This document shows, piece after piece, positions 20,461-29,885 of a DNA stretch of 64,000 nt. The translations under genes were made by a program, and so were the position numbers. The stretch spans positions 64,001-128,000 of IMG/VR virus record IMGVR_UViG_3300010162_000393; one strand, written 5' to 3'. The notes under the pieces were generated by a model. It did not search any database. It was not told the DNA's origin and worked only from the letters and a program-made list of their open reading frames with translations. This DNA is from a virus (taxonomy: Duplodnaviria > Caudoviricetes). The stretch's first letter is position 1; each line of letters starts with the position of its first letter.

Positions 20461-21284
20461 TTTTTTAAGGTATTAATTAATTTTTTGGTATGATCATCCA
20501 TTTTATATTTTCCGTAACTCTCTTTACTTTCATTCAAATATATTAATATTCTATCTAAAACTTTACATCCAATACTTTCTAGCGGAACTTGGTAAAGGGA
20601 AATTTGTAACTGGTAGTGTCCTTCCGCAGGTGAATCTCGCATATCTTCAAATGGTGGTAACATTCTTTGATCGTTGAAATTCTTGAATAAATCCTTATTC
20701 GTTTTAAAATCTAATAAAATAAGCGACTCTTTCAGTGGTATATTCGGTCTATCCCAAGCACATAATAAATCAAATGTTCCAGAATATTTTAAATTTTCAT
20801 TATATACTCTACACTCACTTAATATTGGAATATAAGAAACCGGTAAATCTTCCCAAAATCTTATACTATTCCAACCCATATAATCATCTTCTTTTGGTAA
20901 TTCTATTTCATCAATTTTTCCTGTGTAGAAATCAAATAGAACTTCATTATATGAGTGTTGCTCATGACCGATATCACACGACTTTTTATTATTAACTTTC
21001 CATTCTTTCAATATTTGGTTTGGGGTTTTACCATAATATTTTGAATTAACATCGTTATAATATCTCTGATAACATCTTTCTGCTTGTGATTTAGCATCAA
21101 ATTTAGGGGCAAAACTTTCAACAACTTTTGATACCGATTTCAATTCTTTACCATTCAAAAAATATTGGTGGGTCTTTTCTTTAAACACCAAATCCTTGAA
21201 AGAACTTGTTATATATTCTCTCAATTCCTGAACGTCTTCCCTATTGATAACGTTAGACCATTTATTTTTGTTAAGTTCTACCAT
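20454..21284 (-). CDS. PD-(D/E)XK exonuclease
   Basis: SVSKV, G..H, SE.RV, SGTFDLL, LDFKTN, YQLQISLY. Confidence 0.8.
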   Translation of the reverse strand: MVELNKNKWSNVINREDVQELREYITSSFKDLVFKEKTHQYFLNGKELKSVSKVVESFAPKFDAKSQAERCYQRYYNDVNSKYYGKTPNQILKEWKVNNKKSCDIGHEQHSYNEVLFDFYTGKIDEIELPKEDDYMGWNSIRFWEDLPVSYIPILSECRVYNENLKYSGTFDLLCAWDRPNIPLKESLILLDFKTNKDLFKNFNDQRMLPPFEDMRDSPAEGHYQLQISLYQVPLESIGCKVLDRILIYLNESKESYGKYKMDDHTKKLINTLKKC

Positions 21285-21287
21285 CTT

Positions 21288-21560
21288 CTATGAATCAGAA
21301 TTTAAAGTTGTTCTTAAATCTCTAACTTCGTTTATCAGAGAATTGTTTTTTTGTTTAGTTCTGTAAACTTCCATTAAATCTTGTAAATTAGAGTCTGGAT
21401 GACAAAAAACATTAATCCACTCCTCTTCTAATGGCGTTTCCTTTATACTTACACTTATACCAGAGTTTAACGCCTTTGCAATATTTATACCACGAATAAG
21501 TGCTGCTGTGGAATCTAAACTACCTTTTATTAAAATTTGAAATTCTCCTGTTACTGCCAT
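21288..21560 (-). CDS. Hypothetical protein
   Basis: 90-aa ORF; TGTAAATTTA upstream (21580-21589). Confidence 0.6.
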   Translation of the reverse strand: MAVTGEFQILIKGSLDSTAALIRGINIAKALNSGISVSIKETPLEEEWINVFCHPDSNLQDLMEVYRTKQKNNSLINEVRDLRTTLNSDS

Positions 21561-21604
21561 AGTTTTTAGAATTTTTAACTAAATTTACATAACTTTTTTG
21601 TAAA

Positions 21605-21676
21605 AACAAAAAACACATAAGTCTTTGCCTATGCGTTTCTCGATTGGGTTCTTTCAAATGATAGATCCACTCAACC
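21605..21676 (-). ncRNA. Candidate ~70-nt small RNA
   Basis: CTATTTAT (21677-21684, - strand) followed directly by a GGTTG..CAATC hairpin and a terminator AAACGCATAGG/CTTATGTGTTT plus T-tract. Confidence 0.35.
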
Positions 21677-21740
21677 ATAAATAGACACAAATGTATTATT
21701 TAAAACAAATAAATCTATTTATATAAAAATATTTAATAAT

Positions 21741-22877
21741 ATGAGAACATGCGGTCGTAACGTCAGTATCCAGATTCCACATCTCGGTCAAGATATTGAT
21801 TATGGGTATCTTATCGCTTCCGAATATTTCAAAACCGGAATGCTTGTTGATAACTGTGGAAATCCGAGAATAGTGTTTCTTCCTGATCCGTGCGTACCTC
21901 TGACCGGTGAAGAAGATTGTGAGGATACACCATTAGAAACTATTGTAAAAGGAAATATGCACGTTGAGTGCAGATTATCTGCTGGTTCGTTGAAGGTTGA
22001 TGATATTTCCGGTAACGGTTGTAATCTAACCAATACTGATGATACTAAAATAATAGAATTTGAATATGATGAAGAAGCAGAGGAAATCGTAATAAGACAA
22101 CAAAATTCAAAAGAATGTGAAATTGAAGAAGAGGGTGAAATAATTGAAGAATTTAGATTATCTGCTGAACCATTTGTTAAAAACACAATAATTGAAGATT
22201 TCAGTTTTGGTGAAGAAAGTGAAATTGAAGAAGAAGATGAATCTGATTTACTAACGATATACGATAGTGACGAAAGAACATTTACTGTGGATCTTAGTAA
22301 ATATAGTAATAGAGATGAGCGATATGTTGCACCCGGAAATTATACCGCCACACGCGAAGGTCTCATAAGTTTACCTTATAATATTGAAACAGACGAAACG
22401 GTTGAAATTGATATATCAGAAGCAGTTCATGGTTTCAGAGATATGGAGTTTGATAGGTGTAAAGGTATTTTGACGATTAGAACAAGTTTGGGAGATGTTG
22501 TGAATGTAACTGGTTTTCCAACTAATATTTCAATAGATGGTCAGGTTACACCTGTAAATTTTAATGGGGCAATTCATTATACAATCGAAAATAAGGTGAT
22601 ACATGTTAATTGTAATTTTTATGTGAGATCAACTGTTGGTGGTTTTGGTTCTCTTGGATATCTCCCAATTAGATTAAAAAGACCATCATATGTTTGGTTG
22701 TCTTCTATGCACGGAACATCATATAGTAGAGTAAATCGTGTTCAATTAACTATAAATGTAGATGGTGAAATTCAATTACGACAATGGCAACGTCCAGAAC
22801 ATGTTCAAGATTCTTTCTGTTTAGTATTTGATAGTCTTGATCCAAATCTTCTTGACGACTATTGTAATAATCTATAA
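21741..22877 (+). CDS. Putative virion structural protein (acidic, beta-rich)
   Basis: CTATTTAT at 21715-21722; fibre-like beta-rich C-terminus; upstream of neck-like gene. Confidence 0.5.
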   Translation: MRTCGRNVSIQIPHLGQDIDYGYLIASEYFKTGMLVDNCGNPRIVFLPDPCVPLTGEEDCEDTPLETIVKGNMHVECRLSAGSLKVDDISGNGCNLTNTDDTKIIEFEYDEEAEEIVIRQQNSKECEIEEEGEIIEEFRLSAEPFVKNTIIEDFSFGEESEIEEEDESDLLTIYDSDERTFTVDLSKYSNRDERYVAPGNYTATREGLISLPYNIETDETVEIDISEAVHGFRDMEFDRCKGILTIRTSLGDVVNVTGFPTNISIDGQVTPVNFNGAIHYTIENKVIHVNCNFYVRSTVGGFGSLGYLPIRLKRPSYVWLSSMHGTSYSRVNRVQLTINVDGEIQLRQWQRPEHVQDSFCLVFDSLDPNLLDDYCNNL

Positions 22878-22888
22878 ATCATATTATA

Positions 22889-23407
22889 ATGCAAGTTGGA
22901 GGTAAATATCCTATAACAAGAAATTCATTGCATTTTGATGAAAGTATGTTCAATATGTTCTCTGAATGGGCGCAAGATTATACTGAAACTTGGATTAATC
23001 AAAAGGTTGTTTTATATCAGGTAGATTATATAAGAACCAATGCCGATGATTTGTATGGAGAAACACATACTGACGAAGTTAGATATAAAACTCCTATTGA
23101 ACTACCATGTAGATATAAGATAGATAAAAGTACGAATGAAGCGTACACAGCAACTAAAAAAGCACGTTACAAAAAGATAGGAAATATAAGTCTTTCAGTA
23201 TTTGAAAAAACATTTAAAGAATATAATTGTGATATTAAATACGGAGATTTAATAGGTGTTGCCGCCGATGAAAAAACACTGATATTCTTCGAGATAGTGG
23301 ATGACGGAAAATCAAATTTCAGTAATATGGAAACAATGTTTGGTTATAAGAGATTATATCGAAACATTAAGGGGTGTACTATTGATGAATCTGTCTTCAA
23401 CGGTTGA
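22889..23407 (+). CDS. Putative neck / head-closure protein (gp14-like)
   Basis: DDLYGE...Y..PIEL...IKYGDLI...FFEI pattern typical of head-closure proteins. Confidence 0.6.
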   Translation: MQVGGKYPITRNSLHFDESMFNMFSEWAQDYTETWINQKVVLYQVDYIRTNADDLYGETHTDEVRYKTPIELPCRYKIDKSTNEAYTATKKARYKKIGNISLSVFEKTFKEYNCDIKYGDLIGVAADEKTLIFFEIVDDGKSNFSNMETMFGYKRLYRNIKGCTIDESVFNG

Positions 23408-24737
23408 ATTCCAGAGGCATAGTTATAGGTTTTTGCATAAGTGTTCCACTGAGATACACTAATGTTCCGTTTACAAATGTGTGTGTAACCGTAGATCTAA
23501 ATCTATAATTTACAAATGACGACCATTTACATTTATGAATAATTGTATTAGGTAATACATACCATCCATACTCCAAGTCTACTAATATTAAATCTGCCCA
23601 ATAACCTGGTCGAATAAAACCTCTGTCCTTAATACTAAATAATCTTGCTGGACCGTGACACATTTTTTCAACTATTTGTTCAATTGTTATTTTATCGTCA
23701 TGATAAAATTCTAACATTGCTTGTAATGAGTGTTGAATTGAAGGAATTCCTGACGGTGCTTTGAAGTATGTGTTACTTTTTTCCTCCAAAGTATGTGGTG
23801 CATGATCTGTTGATATTGTGCTAATAGTATTATCTAATAACCCCTCAAATAGTGATAACCTATCCTCTTTTGTTTTAAAAGATGGGTTGCATTTGATCCA
23901 TGTTCCAAAATTATCATAATTTGAATTATCAAATATTAAATAGTTTACACACACTTCACCTGTAACAAAATCTTTATTAGCACGTATTAAATCCAATTCT
24001 TTTTTTGTGGACACATGTAATATATGTAATTTCGTGTTATATTTTTTCGCTAATTCAACTGCTAATGAACTTGATTTATAACACGCTTCTTCACTACGAA
24101 TATCCGAATGGTATTTAATTGGCATGTTTTCACCATATTTTTCACGAAACAATTCTGTGTTTTTAACAATAATATCCTCATCTTCACAATGTACTGCTAT
24201 AATAGATGGTACTTGTGAAAATATCTTCTCAATGGTAGAAATATCTTCTACCAACATATTTCCTGTTGAAGACCCCATGAATAATTTAACACCACATACT
24301 TTTGAAAAATCTGTTTTTAAAAGTTCATCAATATTATCATTTGTTGCTCCGATATAGAACGAATAATTAGCAAATGAATTTTCTGCTGCTAACGCAAATT
24401 TTTCTGAAAGTGCTTCTTGTGTAACAGTTTGTGGTATTGTGTTCGGCATTTCCATATATGATGTTACGCCACCAGCAACTGCTGCATGTGTTTCACTAGC
24501 AATGTCCCCCTTTCTGGTTAGACCTGGTTCACGAAAATGAACATGTGTATCAATAACACCTGGAAGTAAATATTTTCCTTCGGCATTAATTATTTGACAC
24601 TCTTGAAGTATGTGATAACCACTTTCACAAACCCCTACAATTTTTCCATCTTCTATAAGGACATCGCCTTCTTGTATTGTTCCTTCGTTGACAACCTTTG
24701 CATTTCGTATCAACGTCTGTTTTTTTGTATTTGACAT
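23397..24737 (-). CDS. pyrC: Dihydroorotase (auxiliary metabolic gene)
   Basis: PGVIDTHVHFREPG, GGVTSYMEMPNT, KLFMGSSTG, HVST, KCNP, TDHAPH. Confidence 0.93.
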   Translation of the reverse strand: MSNTKKQTLIRNAKVVNEGTIQEGDVLIEDGKIVGVCESGYHILQECQIINAEGKYLLPGVIDTHVHFREPGLTRKGDIASETHAAVAGGVTSYMEMPNTIPQTVTQEALSEKFALAAENSFANYSFYIGATNDNIDELLKTDFSKVCGVKLFMGSSTGNMLVEDISTIEKIFSQVPSIIAVHCEDEDIIVKNTELFREKYGENMPIKYHSDIRSEEACYKSSSLAVELAKKYNTKLHILHVSTKKELDLIRANKDFVTGEVCVNYLIFDNSNYDNFGTWIKCNPSFKTKEDRLSLFEGLLDNTISTISTDHAPHTLEEKSNTYFKAPSGIPSIQHSLQAMLEFYHDDKITIEQIVEKMCHGPARLFSIKDRGFIRPGYWADLILVDLEYGWYVLPNTIIHKCKWSSFVNYRFRSTVTHTFVNGTLVYLSGTLMQKPITMPLEFNR

Positions 24738-24739
24738 AT

Positions 24740-25792
24740 TTAATTATATAATTGATTTCTCATTTCAACTAAAACTCTTTCAATAAATTCAACATCCGGT
24801 GTTTCTTGTAATGTACATTTTTCGTATAGGATATCTATTTCTTCTATCATTGTTTTTGCACGACTTACCAAATCATCATATTCAGCATCACCACGACGTA
24901 TTGATAATAATTCTTCACGATTTGGAACACGAACAATTAGATTTCCATTAGATAATATTTCTTTGGATTGTTGTAACAACCTGATAGTATGACACATATT
25001 CTTAGCATCGTATCGTTTTCCATGTGACATAGTATTATTAAATCTTACTTCACTTCGTTTATCAACCCACTCCCAATATTCTTTATATTCTTTACAATAT
25101 GCTGAATATCCGTCTTTATTAAAATATAATCTATTATCTGGTGTTATCCATTTAGGTATAGAACTAAGAGCAACTTCATTAGCATCTGGACATGACATTA
25201 TTCCTCTGAATTTGTCTTTATAATAATACAAATCGTAAATGTCCTTCATATTATTTATGGAAGATAATCCACAATCTTCTTGTTTGTATCCGTAATTTGA
25301 CAACCATGTGTTAAGTGATACAGATCCGCCATTATCATTAAGAACATAACAAAAATCAAGTATATTTTTTCTTTCCTTATCCATTGGGTTTAGGATTTTT
25401 TTGTTCAACCCTCTCGCCTTTTTAATTTGAGATATGGCGTATCCGGCAAACGTGTTTTTACACAACTTTGATAAAAACATATCAACCGTAAGATTATCCA
25501 TAATATTATTTCGATACAATATACAATCTTCTGGTGTTGCTAACAATTCCAACATATTAGGATTGTTTTTTAATAATAGTTCAACGAATCTCCCAATCTC
25601 ATAATATACTTTGTCGTTTTTTTCGTCTTCTATTTGTTGGGTATAAGTCAAACCATATAACTTATCTTTTGGTAAATAAAAAACACCTCGAATATCTGTA
25701 TCCGATTCAGGGGTATCTATTCCATATGCTTTACTACCGCTGATACATTCAAACAGTAAAAGGTTATTTTTTTTTATGTATTCTATCGACAT
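24740..25792 (-). CDS. Nucleotidyltransferase (Nuc-transf / YcgL-like family)
   Basis: SGSKAYG..TPESDTDIRGV, NNPN.LELL, YDAKN..H.IRLL. Confidence 0.85.
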   Translation of the reverse strand: MSIEYIKKNNLLLFECISGSKAYGIDTPESDTDIRGVFYLPKDKLYGLTYTQQIEDEKNDKVYYEIGRFVELLLKNNPNMLELLATPEDCILYRNNIMDNLTVDMFLSKLCKNTFAGYAISQIKKARGLNKKILNPMDKERKNILDFCYVLNDNGGSVSLNTWLSNYGYKQEDCGLSSINNMKDIYDLYYYKDKFRGIMSCPDANEVALSSIPKWITPDNRLYFNKDGYSAYCKEYKEYWEWVDKRSEVRFNNTMSHGKRYDAKNMCHTIRLLQQSKEILSNGNLIVRVPNREELLSIRRGDAEYDDLVSRAKTMIEEIDILYEKCTLQETPDVEFIERVLVEMRNQLYN

Positions 25793-25806
25793 TTTTTGTT
25801 TAATAT

Positions 25807-26184
25807 TTGAAATATACTATATTCGATTATATTTTTGATATGAGTGGTTTTGTTTATCTAATACTTGAATGGGATAAAATTGAAGAAAACCTTGTCCCAA
25901 GTAAAATAGGTGTTACCAGAGGGTGTATTGAAAAACGTATCAAAAAACTCCAAACCGGAAATACCTCTAATCTACATCTCTTCACACATTTCAAATCTGA
26001 ACATCCGTTTAGGTTAGAAAAAATGTTACACAACCATTACCAAAAATATAAAACAAATGGTGAATGGTTTAACCTACCAAATGAAACTGTATTAGGATTC
26101 AAAACCATTTGTGAAGAAAAAGAAGAACTTATTAAATTTCTACTAAAAGAAAACCATTTTTTCGGAAAAAAAACAGGTTTCTAA
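25807..26184 (+). CDS. GIY-YIG superfamily (T5orf172/Mug113-like) nuclease
   Basis: GFVYLI, KIGVT, R.KKLQTGN, LE..LH, GEWF; start probably the internal Met at 25840. Confidence 0.8.
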   Translation: MKYTIFDYIFDMSGFVYLILEWDKIEENLVPSKIGVTRGCIEKRIKKLQTGNTSNLHLFTHFKSEHPFRLEKMLHNHYQKYKTNGEWFNLPNETVLGFKTICEEKEELIKFLLKENHFFGKKTGF

Positions 26185-26209
26185 TTTATGATTTTCCGCA
26201 AACATACCC

Positions 26210-27403
26210 CTAAAAGTTATTTGTTTTTAGAATTGACGCTTCAACGGGTTCGTAACCTCTTCCCTCCACGTCCACTACCCCCCACATCGGGGGTGATATA
26301 CCTATATTCCTTATGTTTATGGAAGCGTTAAAATCCCTGTCATGTAAAATGCTACACGAAGGACATATCCACTCCCTTACACGTAAATCCTTTACCTCAA
26401 CATTCTTATAACCACACCTGTTACACAACTGCGAGGAAGCAACAAACCTACCAATCTTGATAAGATTCTTACCTTGCCACTCACTTTTGTATCCCAACTG
26501 CCGTACAAACTCACTCCAACTTACCGACTGAATACTTCGCGCAAGTTTGTGGTTTTTGACCATTCCGCTTACGTTCAAATCCTCAATACAAATGGTGTCG
26601 TAATTATCCAACAAATACGTGGACAAATTATGCAACCAATGGTTTCGTTGAAATGTGATTTTTTGGTGAATTTTTGCAACCTTCAACCTTTGCTTTTCTC
26701 TACGATGACTTCCTTTTTGTCTTCGACACAACACCTTTTGGGCGTGTGCTAAACGTAAATGAGTCTTTTCAAGAAATTTTGGGTTTCCAAAACATTCACC
26801 ATTTGAGGTAACAGCAAATTCCTTAATTCCCAAGTCAATACCTATGGTTTTATTAGAATCTTCCACTTTGGTTTTCGGTGGAATTGGTTCTAGCGTATCG
26901 CATAGGATACTTACGAAATAATAACCTGCCTGTGTTTTTGATACTGTCATAGACTTGATTTTTCCTTTTGGGAGTCTTGACAATATCACTACTATATTTC
27001 CACATTTTCCTAATCTTACGGTGGATTTCTCCACGTTCAGGTTGAAACAATCTGGAAATGTACAAGTTTGTTTGTTACATTTTTTCTTATAATTTGGGTA
27101 TCCTGCTGGTTTCCCTTGTTTTACATTTCTGAAAAAATTGTTGTATGCTGAATCGACGTTGTTCAGAGTAACGTTCAGGGTATGTGCGGTGGTGTCTTTC
27201 AACCATTCATGTTCTAACGTTAATTCGTTTCGCAACATTTTTCCCAAATCGAAAGAAGATAATGACTTCTTTTCAGTTTCCCACAACGTTTTCTTTTTGT
27301 TCACTGCCCAATTATAGATAAACCGAGAACAACCAAAATGTTGTGCAAGGGCAACTTTTTGGTTATCGGTTGGGTATATTCTATATTTGAACGCCTTTAA
27401 CAT
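26210..27403 (-). CDS. tnpB: TnpB RNA-guided endonuclease (IS200/IS605 OrfB family)
   Basis: HTH MLKAFKYRIYP; RuvC D-E-D intact (GIDLG, IEDL, DRDFNA); Zn finger CNRC..CPSC. Confidence 0.95.
   Translation of the reverse strand: MLKAFKYRIYPTDNQKVALAQHFGCSRFIYNWAVNKKKTLWETEKKSLSSFDLGKMLRNELTLEHEWLKDTTAHTLNVTLNNVDSAYNNFFRNVKQGKPAGYPNYKKKCNKQTCTFPDCFNLNVEKSTVRLGKCGNIVVILSRLPKGKIKSMTVSKTQAGYYFVSILCDTLEPIPPKTKVEDSNKTIGIDLGIKEFAVTSNGECFGNPKFLEKTHLRLAHAQKVLCRRQKGSHRREKQRLKVAKIHQKITFQRNHWLHNLSTYLLDNYDTICIEDLNVSGMVKNHKLARSIQSVSWSEFVRQLGYKSEWQGKNLIKIGRFVASSQLCNRCGYKNVEVKDLRVREWICPSCSILHDRDFNASINIRNIGISPPMWGVVDVEGRGYEPVEASILKTNNF
26213..26300 (-). ncRNA. Putative omega-RNA 3' scaffold plus guide overlapping the tnpB 3' end (5' boundary unknown)
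   Basis: GC-rich hairpin CACCCCC-GATGT-GGGGGG and ...GAAGCGTCAA end (TCAA at 26233-26236) followed by 20 nt before the TIR. Confidence 0.5.
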
Positions 27404-27457
27404 ATTTCAAATTTACACTTTTTATACGATAGGGGTATTATTGCGGAAAATCATTTT

Positions 27458-28531
27458 CTAATTTCTGTAAAACAAAACATCATCCGCCTCAATTGGATAT
27501 GGAAAATCCATTTCCTTCATCATATTCATAATGGTATTAGGATGTACTTGTCCTTCCCTTCTATCAATATGGTTTTGTTTTGTGGTTTCATGATATTCAA
27601 TTGTTATGTGAGGATTATATGGGGATACCATTTGAATGAATTCGTCACGGTATTTTTTTCTTATAAAAAGATTATCTGAAACAAAGTTTTGTCTTCGTTC
27701 ACATAATTCTATTATCTGTTTATGTTCAACATGTGTCACCTTGTCTTCCTGAATTTTGTTCCCCTTTAATTTTCCACCATGTTCAACCATACCTAATTCC
27801 GCTCTAATAATGTCGCGTGATATTAGTTCAAACCCAAATTGTTTATATCGTCTTTCATATGCCGTTGTTTTTCCACCACCAGCAACTCCGCATAAAATTG
27901 TAATATAAAAACCAGATTCTTCTTTTGTTTCAATTTTTGGTTCGCAATTCCAAACACCTAATTGTTTAGCATAATCTTTTAATGTTTCGCAATGTTGAAT
28001 TTCATTTTCTTTATCAATGGATATTGCACCCATTACATCAAACAGATTAAGATAATATAACAAACGACAATCTGAATTGCGTGATATGTTGGTTACATTT
28101 TTTTCAATATCTTCCATTTTGAAACGCAAATATTTTGGTTTCATGTGGTGTTTTATCAACGAACATATTTTCTCTCTCAAAGGTAGTGGTTCATCCCACA
28201 ACATAAATCGTGTCAATCGCTCTCCTTCAATAGCATGATATGCTGCTGACCAGTTACCATCTTCTTTTAGTTTTGCAACTTTTCCTTTACCAATATCATG
28301 AAATAATGAGGCGGAAACCAAAACCAATTTTTCAAAATCTGAAAATTCTTTTGGATTTTGTTTCAAATAATCTTGACACGCTTTTACCACCATTTTGGTA
28401 TGTACCATTGTACTACCCTCCTGATGCCATTCACTATGATATCCACCTTCATTGAGACGTTGAAATTCTGGTATTTCTTCTACCAAGTTCCAATTAACCT
28501 TTGTATTACCAATTATTAATCTATCTAACAT
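27458..28531 (-). CDS. HD-domain phosphohydrolase fused to an AAA_33 polynucleotide-kinase-like domain
   Basis: HQEG..HT, LFHDIGK, HHM, D; C-terminal GVAGGGKT...SRDIIR. Confidence 0.82.
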   Translation of the reverse strand: MLDRLIIGNTKVNWNLVEEIPEFQRLNEGGYHSEWHQEGSTMVHTKMVVKACQDYLKQNPKEFSDFEKLVLVSASLFHDIGKGKVAKLKEDGNWSAAYHAIEGERLTRFMLWDEPLPLREKICSLIKHHMKPKYLRFKMEDIEKNVTNISRNSDCRLLYYLNLFDVMGAISIDKENEIQHCETLKDYAKQLGVWNCEPKIETKEESGFYITILCGVAGGGKTTAYERRYKQFGFELISRDIIRAELGMVEHGGKLKGNKIQEDKVTHVEHKQIIELCERRQNFVSDNLFIRKKYRDEFIQMVSPYNPHITIEYHETTKQNHIDRREGQVHPNTIMNMMKEMDFPYPIEADDVLFYRN

Positions 28532-28668
28532 TTTTTCAATTTTTTAAAACAAAACGTTATAATTATCAAAAACGAAATAACAACAATAGCAACAGCACAC
28601 AATTCTACCAAATATGACCAAGACGCTTGCGATTGCCACCATTTTTCATCAAACATTAAATTCCACAT
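28525..28668 (-). CDS. 47-aa membrane microprotein (not in ORF track)
   Basis: MWNLMFDEKWW...LCAVAIVVISFLIIITFCFKKLKKC; single TM helix plus basic tail; overlaps the next start. Confidence 0.5.
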   Translation of the reverse strand: MWNLMFDEKWWQSQASWSYLVELCAVAIVVISFLIIITFCFKKLKKC

Positions 28669-28709
28669 ACTTTTTTATTAAATTTTTTACAAAACAATAA
28701 AAAAGCAAA

Positions 28710-29234
28710 CTAATTTTCTGATCGCACTTCTGGACCACCTTGACAAACGTAAATGAACTTACTATCATCATTGACAACATCCAAAAACTCATCTATCATT
28801 CTTTCGTTTGTTTCATCAAACGGTTTAGTGGAATAACTTCCAAACATTTCATTGAAGTCGAATTTGTTGGATTCTTTTGTTTTAGAAGTAAAAATATATT
28901 TATCTCCCATTACAACACCGTCGAATGGGATTTTTGATATAATGTAGTTGATTGCTTTATCTACATTTCCAACGTTTTTTTCAACACCTTCTATTTCATT
29001 TGTGAAATTATTCGCGTATAATAACAATAAACACGATTTTTCTGACGTTGTGTACGCTCTCCATTGTTTCAATTCACCAATGATAGAATTTACCCTGATG
29101 TGTTGTTCATAGAAAATACTCGGATGTAATATGTTATCACAAGATAATATACATCCCTCAAATTTCTTTTTTATTTTTATTCTGTGTATAAAACTACTAC
29201 TCTGTTCGGTAGAGGTTATTTTCTTTTTTTTCAT
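28710..29234 (-). CDS. Hypothetical protein
   Basis: 174-aa ORF. Confidence 0.6.
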   Translation of the reverse strand: MKKKKITSTEQSSSFIHRIKIKKKFEGCILSCDNILHPSIFYEQHIRVNSIIGELKQWRAYTTSEKSCLLLLYANNFTNEIEGVEKNVGNVDKAINYIISKIPFDGVVMGDKYIFTSKTKESNKFDFNEMFGSYSTKPFDETNERMIDEFLDVVNDDSKFIYVCQGGPEVRSEN

Positions 29235-29248
29235 ATTATTAAAATTTT

Positions 29249-29884
29249 CTAAATTACTAATTCATTGAAAATAAGGTCTTTTGGTAATACACCTCTACAA
29301 ATAAAAATAGAAGCAAAGTGGTTTGTCATACCTATCTCTTCCCATCTTTTTTCTCTTGTGCTGTATGGTATTCTTTTATCAAATATCAATACTTGTGTAT
29401 CCCCTTTTGAAAAAACATCGTTGAAACGTCCAATTGATTGAAGTGTTGGTAATGGTAATAAGAGCGCATACGGAATATCTAAACAATAACAATGTTTTAA
29501 TATTTCGTTTTTTAAAGAAAATGGTGGGTTAGATATTATATAATCAATACCTAATTGACACATATCTTCTTTTGTATAACTGAAAAAATCTTTTCCTTCA
29601 CCGGTTTCAGGATCAAAGTGTGTGTTAATCACATCAAATCCTAACTCATTAAATACTTTCGGAAAAGCATGTTCATCCTTATCAAATGGACATAATATTT
29701 TTGTTTTTTTTGTTATTGCTTTATAGTCTCCTAATTCTGGAGTATCTTTAAAAATCATAAGTTTACATCCAAAAGTTTCTTTTGGAACATACTTCGCGAT
29801 GTTGTGAACAACAAATTCCGGTGTAAAACAATTATCACTTTCCGGAGTTTTTTTTGATGTTAAATATCCTATATTACGTGCCAT
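29249..29884 (-). CDS. Putative DNA adenine methyltransferase
   Basis: FTP, ILCPFD, DFF, IISNPPFS, ALLLP. Confidence 0.75.
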   Translation of the reverse strand: MARNIGYLTSKKTPESDNCFTPEFVVHNIAKYVPKETFGCKLMIFKDTPELGDYKAITKKTKILCPFDKDEHAFPKVFNELGFDVINTHFDPETGEGKDFFSYTKEDMCQLGIDYIISNPPFSLKNEILKHCYCLDIPYALLLPLPTLQSIGRFNDVFSKGDTQVLIFDKRIPYSTREKRWEEIGMTNHFASIFICRGVLPKDLIFNELVI

Positions 29885-29885
29885 A

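Larger units (their letters stand above)
26188..27454 (-). mobile_element. Non-autonomous TIR-bounded element carrying only tnpB
   Basis: 25-bp TIRs (26188-26212 / 27430-27454, 23/25 match) flanked by the 10-bp direct repeat TTTCTAATTT (26178-26187 / 27455-27464); GC higher than flanks. Confidence 0.85.

Noticed and set aside
20454-21284. Cas4 / CRISPR-associated call
   Set aside because: No four-Cys Fe-S motif, no cas neighbours and no array; best read as a generic phage exonuclease.
21561-21571. 10-nt match (TTCTAAAAAC) to the putative TnpB guide
   Set aside because: Too short and AT-rich to distinguish from chance.
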